From Felis catus (taxonomy: Eukaryota): DNA of 64,000 nucleotides. The stretch spans positions 1,116,001 to 1,180,000 of the forward strand of contig NC_058369.1 of the NCBI RefSeq assembly GCF_018350175.1, in the 5' to 3' direction. Shown here piece after piece: positions 51,451 to 61,457 of the stretch. Each line of letters begins with the position of its first letter. Within the stretch, counting starts at the first letter, position 1. The position numbers and the translations under genes are program-made. The notes below the pieces were generated by a model. The model made no database searches. It was given only the letters and a program-made list of their open reading frames with translations, and was not told where the DNA came from.

Positions 51451-52275
51451 AAGAGAGCAGGGAAGAGGCAGAGAGAGGGCAAGAGAGCAAATCCAAAGCA
51501 GCACACAGGGCTCAAGCCCACCAACCGTGAGACCATGACCTGATCCAATATGAAGAGTCACGTGCTTAACCGACTGGGTCACCCAGGTGCCTCTAATTAC
51601 TCAATTTTTGAATATAAGGCCAAAGGAGCCAGGTCCCCTCCCTCTCCAGCCCCTGAAGGTCAGTAATGACTCTGACCCCAGCATCAGAGTTCCCCAAATG
51701 TGGATCCACTGAACTCACTTGCCTATGACCCTTTCTGTAGAGCTGGGACCTGGGTCAAGAGAGCAAGAAGCTCAAGTTGGGTCCCAAATTTACAAGACGC
51801 AAAAACAAAAACAAAACAGTCATGGAGGTAAATACTATTTTATTATTTTTTTTTAACTTTTTTTTTTTTTTTTTGAGACAGAGAGAGACAGAGCATGAAC
51901 GGGGGAGGGGCAGAGAGAGAGGGAGACACAGAATCGGAAGCAGGCTCCAGGCTCTGAGCCATCATCCCAGAGCCCGACGCGGGGCTCGAACTCACGGACC
52001 GCGGGATCGTGACCTGAGCTGAAGTCGGCCGCTTAACCGACTGAGCCACCCAGGCGCCCCTGTAAATACCATTTTATTGGAATATATTTAAAAATCAAAG
52101 GTAATGCAAAAACAACAACAACAACACCCCACAGTCTTGAAGATAACATTAAAAAAAATATTTTTTACATTTATCATTCATTTTTGAGAGACAGGCTCTG
52201 AGCTGTCAGCACAGAGTCCGACGCGGGGCTCGAACCCCAAAAGGACAAGATCACGACCTGAGCGGAAATCGGAGG
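50060..52275. mobile_element. L1M 3' fragment (plus, ~50060-51360) with multiple CAN-SINEs, several with clear TSDs
   Basis: 'catcagggaaatgcaaacccaaagcatactgagat'; SINE at 50962-51173 flanked by tgaactgtaca(ca)ctttaaa; SINE at 51845-52060 flanked by gtaaatacyattttatt. Confidence 0.8.
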
Positions 52276-52339
52276 CAGAGATAACATGTTAAATAAAAGC
52301 GGGTAGCAGGGACTGAGTTGCTTCGTCTGAGAAAGGAAA

Positions 52340-52850
52340 AGTGGTGGCGGCTGAGGACCTGCAGACTCACCTCCAGGCAGGCCAGTCCGGCGGTGGGCGG
52401 GGCGCTCTGCAAGCCCCGCCCCCCCAAGCCGCAGCCCCGCCCCTGTCCCCACCCAGCCGGCGCCGAGCCAGGGCTTGCCTGCAGGCGCAGATCCCGAGCA
52501 GCGCCCTGGAGGCCCCGCCCCAGCCCTTCCATCACTCGCCGCTACACGCCTCTCGGCCAATAGGACCTGGCTACCGCTGCCTGATGGCCAATAGAAATTG
52601 CTCTTCCAGAGCGGGGGCGGGATGTGGCGCAAGTCCCTCCCCGTAGCTTCGGGGCCACGCGGGATCCACGTCGGGACGTAGAGGACCGAGCTTTGGCGGG
52701 GTACAGGGGCAAGGGGATTCTTCCAACCCCTGACGCGGGGCACTGCCTTCTCCTGAGGAAGGGCCCCTATTGCCCCAAGTAGATATCGCCAAGTCGGAGA
52801 AGAGCCTCCGTTTTTCGGGGCGGGGTCTGCCGCCGAATAGACCCTCCTGC
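52340..52850 (-). promoter_or_regulatory. Orphan CpG-rich promoter-like element with tandem CCAAT boxes and a minus-strand donor
   Basis: GGCCAATAG twice (CCAAT at 52557 and 52588, 31 bp apart), multiple GGGGCGGGG, donor GAG|GTGAGT at 52371/52370. Confidence 0.5.
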
Positions 52851-53029
52851 CCCCCACCCCAGACCCGGGGTTTGGGTCTCTCCTTGGCCTGGCTTGTCCC
52901 TGTCTTTGCAACAGCCGAAGGCGAATGGGTGCTGTCATCATTCCAACTTACAGGTGGGGAAACTGAGGCTCGGAGCCCCAGGACCCTAGTCCAGGGTCCC
53001 TCACCATGGTTAGTACATTGTGGGCTCTG

Positions 53030-53335
53030 GGCAGGATTTCTTAACTTTGGCACTATTGACACTTGGGGTGGATGATTCTTGCTTATATGGGATTCAGCAG
53101 CATCCCTGGCTCCCACCCACTCTATGCCAGGAACACCCCTAGTCGTGAGGACCACGGACATCTTCAGACATTGCAAACGTGGGGGAGCAAAGTTACTGAT
53201 TCTCAGGGCCTGGTTCTCAAAGTCAAGAGCACTGGAACCCCCGGGGGGTGGGGGGCAACCCAGAATTCTGATTCGGCGGGTCTGAGTCAGGGCCCAAGAG
53301 GCTGCATTTCTAAAGGAGTTCAGGTTGTACCTGGT
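53030..53335. mobile_element. MER20-like and MER5-like DNA transposon fragments
   Basis: 'ttaactttggcactattgacacttgggg...agcagcatccctggctcccacccactctatgccag'; 'ttctgattcggcgggtctgagtcagggcccaagaggctgcatttctaa'. Confidence 0.6.
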
Positions 53336-53629
53336 GTCGCTGAGAGGCCCGCTACCAACAAGCCACCCCTGCTTCGCTGAGTGACCTGGAGGAGGCAAGG
53401 CCCCTCAGATGGGGAGGGGGGGGGCGAGGCTGTGGGTGTGGATGCTTTAGGGAGCCCTCAAATAACTGCACAGCTTATCAGGACTGAGGCCAGGGATGCA
53501 GACATGCTGCCTTTAGTAGGTGAGTGAGATGGTGCCCACGCGATTCTTAGCGGTTGGGGAGGCTACACGGGGCTCTTAAGGGGATGTGTGAGCGATCCCG
53601 TCTGTCTTGTTTTGTTTCTTTTCAAAACT

Positions 53630-56345
53630 ATTTATTTATTTTTGGGAGAACACAATCGGAAGAGGAGCAGAGAGAGGGGGACAGGGGATCTGAAGTGGGC
53701 TCTGAGCTGACAGCACGGACCCCCCCCCCAATGTGGGGCTTGAACTCACAAACTGCGAGATCGTGATCTGAGCTGAAGTCAGACATTCAACCGACTGAGC
53801 CACCCAGACGCCTCTACTTTTTAAATTTTTTTTAAAGATGGATTAATGATTTTGAGGCCTTTTAAAAAAGTTTAGTTATTTATTTTGAGACAGAGAGCAA
53901 ACAAAAGGGCAGAGAGAGAGAGAGAGAGACAGAGAGACAGAGAGACAGAGAGAGAGAGAGGGAGGGAGAGAAAGAATCCCAAGCAGGCCCCAAGCTGTCA
54001 GCACAGAGCCCAGTGTTGGGCTCGATCTCACCAACTGTGAGATCATGACCTGAGCCGAAACCAAGAGTTGAATGCTAACCAACTGAATCACCAGGTGCTT
54101 CTGTTTTCTCTTTATTTATTTTTAATATTAAAAAAAAATTATTTTGGGGGTACCTGGGTGGCTCAGTCGGTTAAGTGTCTTGACTTCGGCTCAGGTCATG
54201 GTCTCACGGTTCATGAGCTCGAGCCCCGCGTCGGGCCCCAAGCGGACAGTTCACAGCCTGCTTGGGATCCTCTCCCTCTCTCTCTGCCCCTCCTCCAATC
54301 ATGCTCTCTCTCTCTCTCTTTCTCCCTCAAAAATAAACATTAAAAATTTTTCTAGGGCGCCTGGGTGGCTCAGTCGGTTAAGTGGCCGACCTCGGCTCAG
54401 GTCATGATCTCACGGTCCGTGAGTTCGAGCCCCGCGTCGGGCTCTGTGCTGACAGCTCAGAGCCTGGAGCCTGTTTCAGATTCTGTGTCTCCCTCTCTCT
54501 GACCCTCCCCTGTTCATGCTCTGTCTCTCTCTGTCTCAAAAATAAATAAATGTTAGAAAAAAATTTAAAAAACAAAAATAAAAAAAAAATAAAAATTTTT
54601 CTAAAAATTTAAAATAAAAATTTAAAGTAAAAATGTATTTATTTAAAATAAATAATTTTAGTTGATTCATCTTAAATACATAATTTTAATTAATTAATTT
54701 TATTAATTTAATTAATGAATTTATTTTTGAGAGCCCCCCCTCTTGGGCTCAGCGCTACCCTTAGCATGCAGACTCTGTGCTGACTTTTGTGAGAAGGATT
54801 TGGGCGGGCGGGGAGAGGTCTACTTTGGTTTTTCCCATTCAGACTGGAGTTTTTTGTGTTGATGCAGGGATGCGTTTTACAGGCCACATGTCTGCAACAG
54901 CCTGACCGCAGTATCCCCTGAGGGAGGGGGCCTTGCACCGCAGACAGGTGGTTTGGGCAGAGGATTTCAGAGAAGGTGCCCATTCCTGTCCTGGAAGGCG
55001 ATGGAGGTGGCACAGAGACAGGACGTAGGAAGGCAAAGATGACTTCTTTTTACCCTGTATGTCTTTCTTTTTTTTTTTTTTTTTTTAATTTTTTTTTTTT
55101 TTCAACATTTATTTTTGGGACAGAGAGAGACAGAGCATGAACGGGGGAGGGGCAGAGAGAGAGGGAGACATAGAATCGGAAACAGGCTCCAGGCTCCAAG
55201 CCATCAGCCCAGAGCCTGACGCGGGGCTGGAACTCACGGACCGCGAGATCGTGACCTGGCTGAAGTCGGACGCTTAACCGACTGCGCCACCCAGGCGCCC
55301 CTGTATGTCTTTCTTTGTTTTTCCTTTGGAGGTGAATTTCACATAAGATAAAGTTAGCTGTTTTAGAGGGTCCCATTCAGTGGTGCAGAGAGCACATGCA
55401 CACTGTTGCACACGCATCAACTCTTATCTTGTCATAGAACATTTTTATCACCCCAGAAGGAAATCCCATACCCCTTTGCAGCCCCTCGCCACTGCCCCTC
55501 CCCCAGCCCCTGGCTCCCAGTTTGTACTATGTACATTGTATTTATGTATTTATTTATGTATTTAATGTTTATTGATGGGGGGGGGGTGCAGTGACAGAGG
55601 AAGACACAGAATCTGAAGCAGGCTCCAGGCTCTGAGCTGTCAGCACAGCCCGACACGGGGCTGGAACCCACGAACTGTCAGATCATGACCTGCGCTGAAA
55701 TCAGACACTTCACCAACTGAGCCACCCCCCCCACTAAATTGTTAAAAAATTTTTTTTTAATGTTTTTATTTATTTTTGAGACAGAGAGAGACAGAGCATG
55801 AGCAGGAGAGAGAGAGGGAGACACAGAATCCGAAACAGGCTCCAGGCTCCGAGCTGTCAGCACAGAGCCTGACGCGGGGCTCGAACTCACGGACTGTGAG
55901 ATCATGACCTGAGCTGAACTCAGTTGCTTAACCGACTGAGCGCCCCATAAATTGTTTTAAATAATAAAAAAATAGGCAGAAAAATACATTGAGGAGTTTC
56001 ATTTTTTATATGCAGAAAATCTATTCTTTGCTTTTAATATGCCTATCAAACACCATGAAAATTTTTAAAAAATCCGCAAAAGGGGCTCTACATGAGTCTG
56101 AGGGACACCTCCAGGGGTGGAGAGATCTGTGTAACAAAAAACATGGAGCACCTGCATGGCTCAGTCAGTTAAGCTTCTGACTTCAACTCAGGCCATGAGC
56201 TCACCATTCATAGATTCTAGAGCCCCGTGTCAGGCTCTGTGCTGACAGAGCCTGGAGCGTGCTTCTGATTCTGTGTCTCCCTCTCTCTCTGCTCACACTC
56301 TTGTCTGTCTCTCTCTCAAAAATGAATAAACGTTAAAAAAAAAAA
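53630..56345. mobile_element. Dense CAN-SINE (SINEC_Fc-type) cluster of ~8 copies; young copy at 55066-55301 has TSD tgtatgtctttct
   Basis: Full-length felid-type SINE sequences in both orientations. Confidence 0.88.
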
Positions 56346-56724
56346 AGCCCGAACACTAAAGGACATATTAATCTGAGTTTTTATTTGTAAGAGAAAAAGG
56401 AAAGTGACCAGCTGTGAGCAGCATTGTTTCCTGGGATGTTGTTTTCACCAGGAATAAACGCGGACATCACGATGCTTTGCAAACTAAGAGAAACACCTGC
56501 GGATTGATTCTCAGGGCCCCGCAGGGTTGAGGGACATGGTGGCAGCTAGGGTTCTCCCCTGCAGCCACCCCCTCCGTGGATAGACATCTGACAGATGGGG
56601 GGGGGGGGTTCCTTGGTTCTTGCAGGAAGTAAGCATCCAGAAAATGGAATTCCAGTACCCTCCCTCCCCCGCCCAGGGTGCTTTTAGAGCTGTATTTTTC
56701 TCTTTACTCAGCAACGGGGTTAAA

Positions 56725-56925
56725 CCAGGGTCGTCCAACCTCTGCTCTGTGGACATTTGGGGTTGCTTGTGTTGCGGGCGTCCTGTGCACCGCAGGGTGT
56801 TTAGGGACATCCCTGGCCTCCCGGTTTTGATGCCATTTGATGGTAAGCGCACCCCCAGTTGTAACAACCACAAATGTCCCCAGACATTGGCCAATGTCGC
56901 ATTGCCCCTGGTTGAGAACCGCTGG
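56725..56925 (+). mobile_element. MER20 DNA transposon
   Basis: 'tccaacctctgctctgtggacatttgggg...cctgtgcaccgcagggtgtttag...cccagttgtaacaaccacaaatgtccccagacatt...ctggttgagaaccgctg'. Confidence 0.75.
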
Positions 56926-57229
56926 GTTAAATCTGTTTAACTAGAATGAATAACTGGAGTTGCTCGTAAGTTAGGACGTTTTGCCTAAAAGAGTCAAGAG
57001 GTCCCCTTCATCTACTGTACAGATGGGAAAACTGAGGCCAAGCATCGCCCAGTCCTAGACCCTTATGGGAACCTGACCCATCCATCTGGGTCTCTGGGGA
57101 CAGCCCTTTTAGGAGCCACGTGGCAGCAGCAACCTGGGCTGGGGGAGCGTCACAGCGGGGGTCGTGTGCCCCTCTGCCTCAGTCCCCCTACTCTGACTCC
57201 CTAAACGGCAGCCAAGGTTTTCTTTTTCT

Positions 57230-57720
57230 GGCCGCCCGCAGGAGGTCTTGAACCCTCAACTCCGCGCTCACCCGCTCTCGAGAGAAGGGCGGCGCTCGGC
57301 GGCCAGGCGCGCAGCCTTGTGGGGATTGTAGTCCGGACCCCGCCCCAGTCCCGCGCCGACCCCGCCCCTGGAACTACGCTCCCGTCGTGCCGCGCGGCGC
57401 AGGCGGAGGCGGGGCAGCGGTCGGTTGCTAAGACTTGTGAGGCGCAGTCCTCGCGTGCGGCTCTTCAGGTAAGCGCGCGGACCCGGGGGCTCGGTTCTCT
57501 CGGTCCCGGCTCCCACGGGCGGCGAGCCGGGGCAGTCAAGGAGAGCCTCGGCTGGCGTGGGGGCGCCGGCCGCGCGGGGCGCGAGGAGGCAGTCGGGGGC
57601 ATCCGCTCGTGTGCGCGTGCGCGCGGGGCGCCCGGGCCGCGGGCCGCCGCTCCCCGCGCCCGTCGACCTTTTGCGCGTGCGCGCGCCCCTGCGGCCGGCG
57701 GTGGAGGCCCCGTACAGCCA
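57230..57720 (+). promoter_or_regulatory. SCAMP4: SCAMP4/ADAT3 shared CpG-island promoter and non-coding exon 1 (ends 57468)
   Basis: ZNF143-type ACTACAATCCC (minus, 57322-57332), GC boxes, donor CAG|GTAAGC at 57468/57469. Human ADAT3 and SCAMP4 share exon 1. SCAMP4 coding exons lie beyond the window, so this assignment rests on synteny. Confidence 0.75.
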
Positions 57721-57724
57721 GCTG

Positions 57725-57878
57725 NNNNNNNNNNNNNNNNNNNNNNNNNNNNNNNNNNNNNNNNNNNNNNNNNNNNNNNNNNNNNNNNNNNNNNNNNNNN
57801 NNNNNNNNNNNNNNNNNNNNNNNNNNNNNNNNNNNNNNNNNNNNNNNNNNNNNNNNNNNNNNNNNNNNNNNNNNNNNN
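57725..57878. other. Assembly gap in the CpG island
   Basis: Run of N. Confidence 1.
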
Positions 57879-58383
57879 GGTCATCGCGGCCAGCCCTCTG
57901 CCTCCGGTCCTCCCTTTCACTAGCTTCCCGCCAGCTGCTGGCGTCTTAAACGTTGGTAAACGTGGCAAACATTAAACTTTCCTGATATTGAAAGAGTGGG
58001 TTTTCGAGGCCTTCTCTTACCCTGGCTCCGCGGATAAGGGGTCTCCTACCACACCCCACATGCCCAGTGTTCGCGAACCGTCACACACAGAGGGGCCGTT
58101 TGCAGGGTGGCCAGGTTGGGCAGGTGAAGCGCAGGACGCGCCGGGAGGTTAGAATTCCGTGTACACGACAAGCGATGTCCATGTTCGCGTCAAGCCCCAG
58201 AGCTTGCAAGGGACCCCACCGCGCTCGCAAATTCTGCGCATGTCCAGAATTCGAATTTAGCGGCCGCACTCCAATGGGGAATTTGTTAGGGATGCAGGTG
58301 GTGGCAGCCAAGCCCTGGAAACTGTATTGGAATCCAGCAGCTACCGCCCTGTGGGCGTGTGTGAGGCTCTGGCCCTCTGTTCC

Positions 58384-58593
58384 TTCTGCTCAGGACTCCC
58401 CACCCTGCTTCCCCTGCCTTCCGGGTCCAGCTGGGGTCACCGCCTCCGAGGAGCCCTCCTGGACTGCCCACCACAGGGCACTAGCCCTCGGAGATTCTGC
58501 CAAGGACTCCCCACCCTGCCTCACCTGCCTTCTGGGTCCAGCTGGGGTCACCGCCTCCGAGGAGCCTTCCCATACTGCCCACCACAGGGCACT
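58384..58593 (+). repeat. Local tandem duplication, 111-bp period, ~1.9 copies
   Basis: 'ttctgc..aggactccccaccctgc...gggtccagctggggtcaccgcctccgaggagcc...actgcccaccacagggcact' at 58384 and 58495. Confidence 0.9.
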
Positions 58594-59404
58594 GCGCCCC
58601 CTGGGAGCTGTACCCTGGGACAGCGTGGAGCTCATGTGGCTTTTCTCAGCCTTGGGAGGTGGGGATGGGTTCCCATTTCTCAGAGGGGGCACTGAGGGTG
58701 GGGTCTAGGGCAGGTGCCCAAGGTCTCCCAGGCAGGGAACAGCTGGGCTGGGTGTGGACTTCTAGGACAGGGCAGGACACACACCCAGGTCCGGGTTCCG
58801 GCCTGCCTTCGTCACCCAGGGACAAGATGAGGCCTCGAGCCTACGCTTTCCTGGGTGTATAAATGCCATTTTCTGTCTCCCTCCCAGAGCCAGTTGCCCC
58901 GTATCTTCGGGGGGTCCCGGAGCACCCGTGCTTCCAGCGGGGAGGTGCCTAAGCTGCCAAGGGGGCTTGAGGTTAGGGTCCCGTCTCCCTGGTCCAGCAC
59001 ACCCTCTGGGGGCCGCCGATGCTGTTAGTGCTCCCGGCCCCCGGACTCCTGCACCAGAGGCAGAGGCGCTGCAACCAGAAATGAAAACAGGCGGTTCTGA
59101 GCCCGCCGCGGCTGTCCTTGGAGATGCCAGGGTGGGGACTGAGCTGGGCGAGACCAGCAGAGTGTGTGGGGGGTAGAGGCAGCCAGGTGCCTGGAGCTGG
59201 GGACTCATCTGGGGCTTTGGGGACAGAGGAGGAGCCCAGGTCCGGCAGCCGACCCCATCCTGCCCCACATCCCTGGGCGTGTTTATACAGAACACACGCG
59301 CGTGGACACTGCTTGCAGCCGTGCTGGCACTCCCCCCAGGGCGTTGGGGTTGGGGGTTCAGGCGGGTCACTGTTTCCTGAAACCGCTTCTTTGTTTTTCT
59401 TTCA

Positions 59405-59586
59405 TTTTTTTTTTTTATTTCTTAAAGTTTATTTAGTTTGAGAGAGCGGGATGGGGGCAGAGAGAGAATCCCAAGCAGGCTCCACACTGTCAGTGCAGAG
59501 CCCAACATGGGACTCGAACTCACGAGCCGTGAGATCTTGACCTGAGCTGAAGTCAGCGCTTAACCGTCTGAGCCACCAGGTGCCCT
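59405..59586 (-). mobile_element. CAN-SINE
   Basis: Poly-T followed by the reverse SINE body. Confidence 0.85.
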
Positions 59587-59889
59587 GAAGCTGCTGCTTT
59601 CTTATCTGTGGGGGAGGCTCAGGGCCCCTGCCCTACACAGGGGCTCCGAAGGCAGAGGCGGTGAGCTGGCCCGCCTGGCCAGAGCCTGGTCAGATCGCGA
59701 CTCTGCCTGCCTGTGGCCCCAGGCGAGGCCTTGCACCCCACAGAGCCTTGTCTTTGTCCTGCGGAACGGGGACAGTTCCAGGAGCTCCCTCCTGTGTCAC
59801 TGGGAGGACACGTGGCGGGGAGCGCACCAGTGGTTGGGCCTCGCGTGGAGTCTGCTGACCTCGCGCCTGCCCCGTGTCCCTCCCCCTCC

Positions 59890-60450
59890 CTGCTTCTCTA
59901 GCAGCCTTACTGCTTTGCGGCTCACCCGTTTAAAGCCTCCGGCTCTGGGGTTTTCAGTACCTCCGCAGGGGTGCCGAACTCTCCTCGCTGTCTTCTTACA
60001 GAAACCTCCATGCCCCCCCCCAGAGGAAGCCTCGTCCCCATCACCAGTCACTCCTCCATCCCCTCCCTGGCTCCCGCGAGCCCCCTTCCCGTCCGTGGAC
60101 GAGCCCGTTCCGGACGTTTCACACACGTGGACTCACACCCCGCGTGGCCTCTCGTGTCGGGTTCCCTCCCTGAGCGTCGTGTGTTCGGGGTCCGTCTGCG
60201 GGGCGGCGGGGGTGGGCGCCTCGCTCCTACTCGCGGCCGAGGGACGTGAACCTTTCGCGGTGGACACGCGTATCCGTCCGTTCATCCATTGAAGGGCGCT
60301 TGTGCTGTATCCGCCGTCTGGCTGCTGTGAACACACGTGTGCGGGGTTCTTTGTGGACGTGTGTTCTCGGCTCTCGTGGGCACACGCCTGGGCGTGGAGG
60401 GGACCGGTCACTGGCTCACACGGTGACTGTGCTGCGACTTTTCCCTCTTC
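59890..60450 (-). mobile_element. L1M (L1MB-like) 3' end, strongly GC-rewritten
   Basis: Core near-identical to 8317-8407; continues 'gttcatccattgaagggcgcttgtgctgtatccgccgtctggctgctgtgaacac'. Confidence 0.7.
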
Positions 60451-61029
60451 TGCCTCAGAGCTGGCGCCCCCGCCGGCGGCGTCCCCCTGACAGCCCCCCG
60501 TTGCCTGTGTTACTCAGCGGCTGTGCTCCTGGAGGACAGGTGAGACGGTGTGTTTTGCCGTGGAGACAGTGGGAGCCTCGTGACCGGTGCGGGCCGTGGG
60601 GTCCTGAGCGTGGTGTGTGCTGGGAGCAGATTCAGGGTCGGTGCCGCGGGCCCTGCCGGGCACAGCACTGGGAGCGCACGCGGGGCCCCTCTCCGCTCTC
60701 TGCCTCTCGTGGCTGCCACGGGCCCCCCCGATTCTGTGCGTTTGTCAAATTTGTATCATGAGCCTAGGACGGACCGCGGTGGGTGAGGGTGCCCTGTGCC
60801 CTCCAGCGGGCCCGACTGATGAATAAGTGGGGATCTGGGCGGCTCAGGCACATCAGAGAGGGTGAAAGCCCCCAGCTGTAAGATGATCCCAGCACTTTCC
60901 TGTCCACGGGGAAGGGGCAGAGGGCTGGTCCACCCCAGGACTCCAGAGGACGGTGTGTTCTGGGCACACGGTGGCACCTTTGATGCCTCTGAATCTCGTC
61001 GATGGGACCAGTGGTTTAGCTCCGATGTA

Positions 61030-61230
61030 ACCCGAGGCGGTGCTGACCGACGGGGTTATGACGCGGGGTACGCACGAAACGCTAAGCGTTTTAGAAGCCG
61101 TGTTTCCAAAAGTGCAAAGAAACAGGTGAAATTCACTGTAAAGATGCGTTCGCTTAACCTGAAACACGGAACGTGAGCACCCGAGCGCGTAGTCAGCGTG
61201 AAGACGCTTCACGAGACCGCTCACGTTCAC
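61030..61230. mobile_element. MER33-like hAT element with pervasive AT->GC substitution
   Basis: Colinear by eye with the recalled MER33 consensus, anchored by 'aaagaaacaggtgaaatt'. Confidence 0.7.
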
Positions 61231-61457
61231 CCGTGGCACCTCGCACAGGGAGAAAAGGATGCCAGTGATGGCTTAAGCTCTGCAGACCAAGAGTTAGTAG
61301 GATCTGAGGGCGAGCGCGGCCGGCCGGTGGTGCGCGTCGCGTGGGCGGAGCTCCCGGACTTCGGATTCCGCACGCTGGGACCTGGGACGGACTCCTGCGG
61401 CTGACGGATGATGCTCTGCCCCGATCTCTGTCTCCCACAGTCGGAGCCCCACTGAGG

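Noticed and set aside
44332-55905. Recurrent small ORFs like MAQSVKRPTSAQVMISQFVSSSPASGSVLTAQSLEP; tRNA-like heads
   Set aside because: Translations and A/B boxes of tRNA-derived CAN-SINEs, not genes or tRNAs.
61341-61457. 39-aa in-frame extension of ADAT3 in the ORF track
   Set aside because: Starts at GTG upstream of a strong acceptor and does not resemble the human extension; likely intronic.
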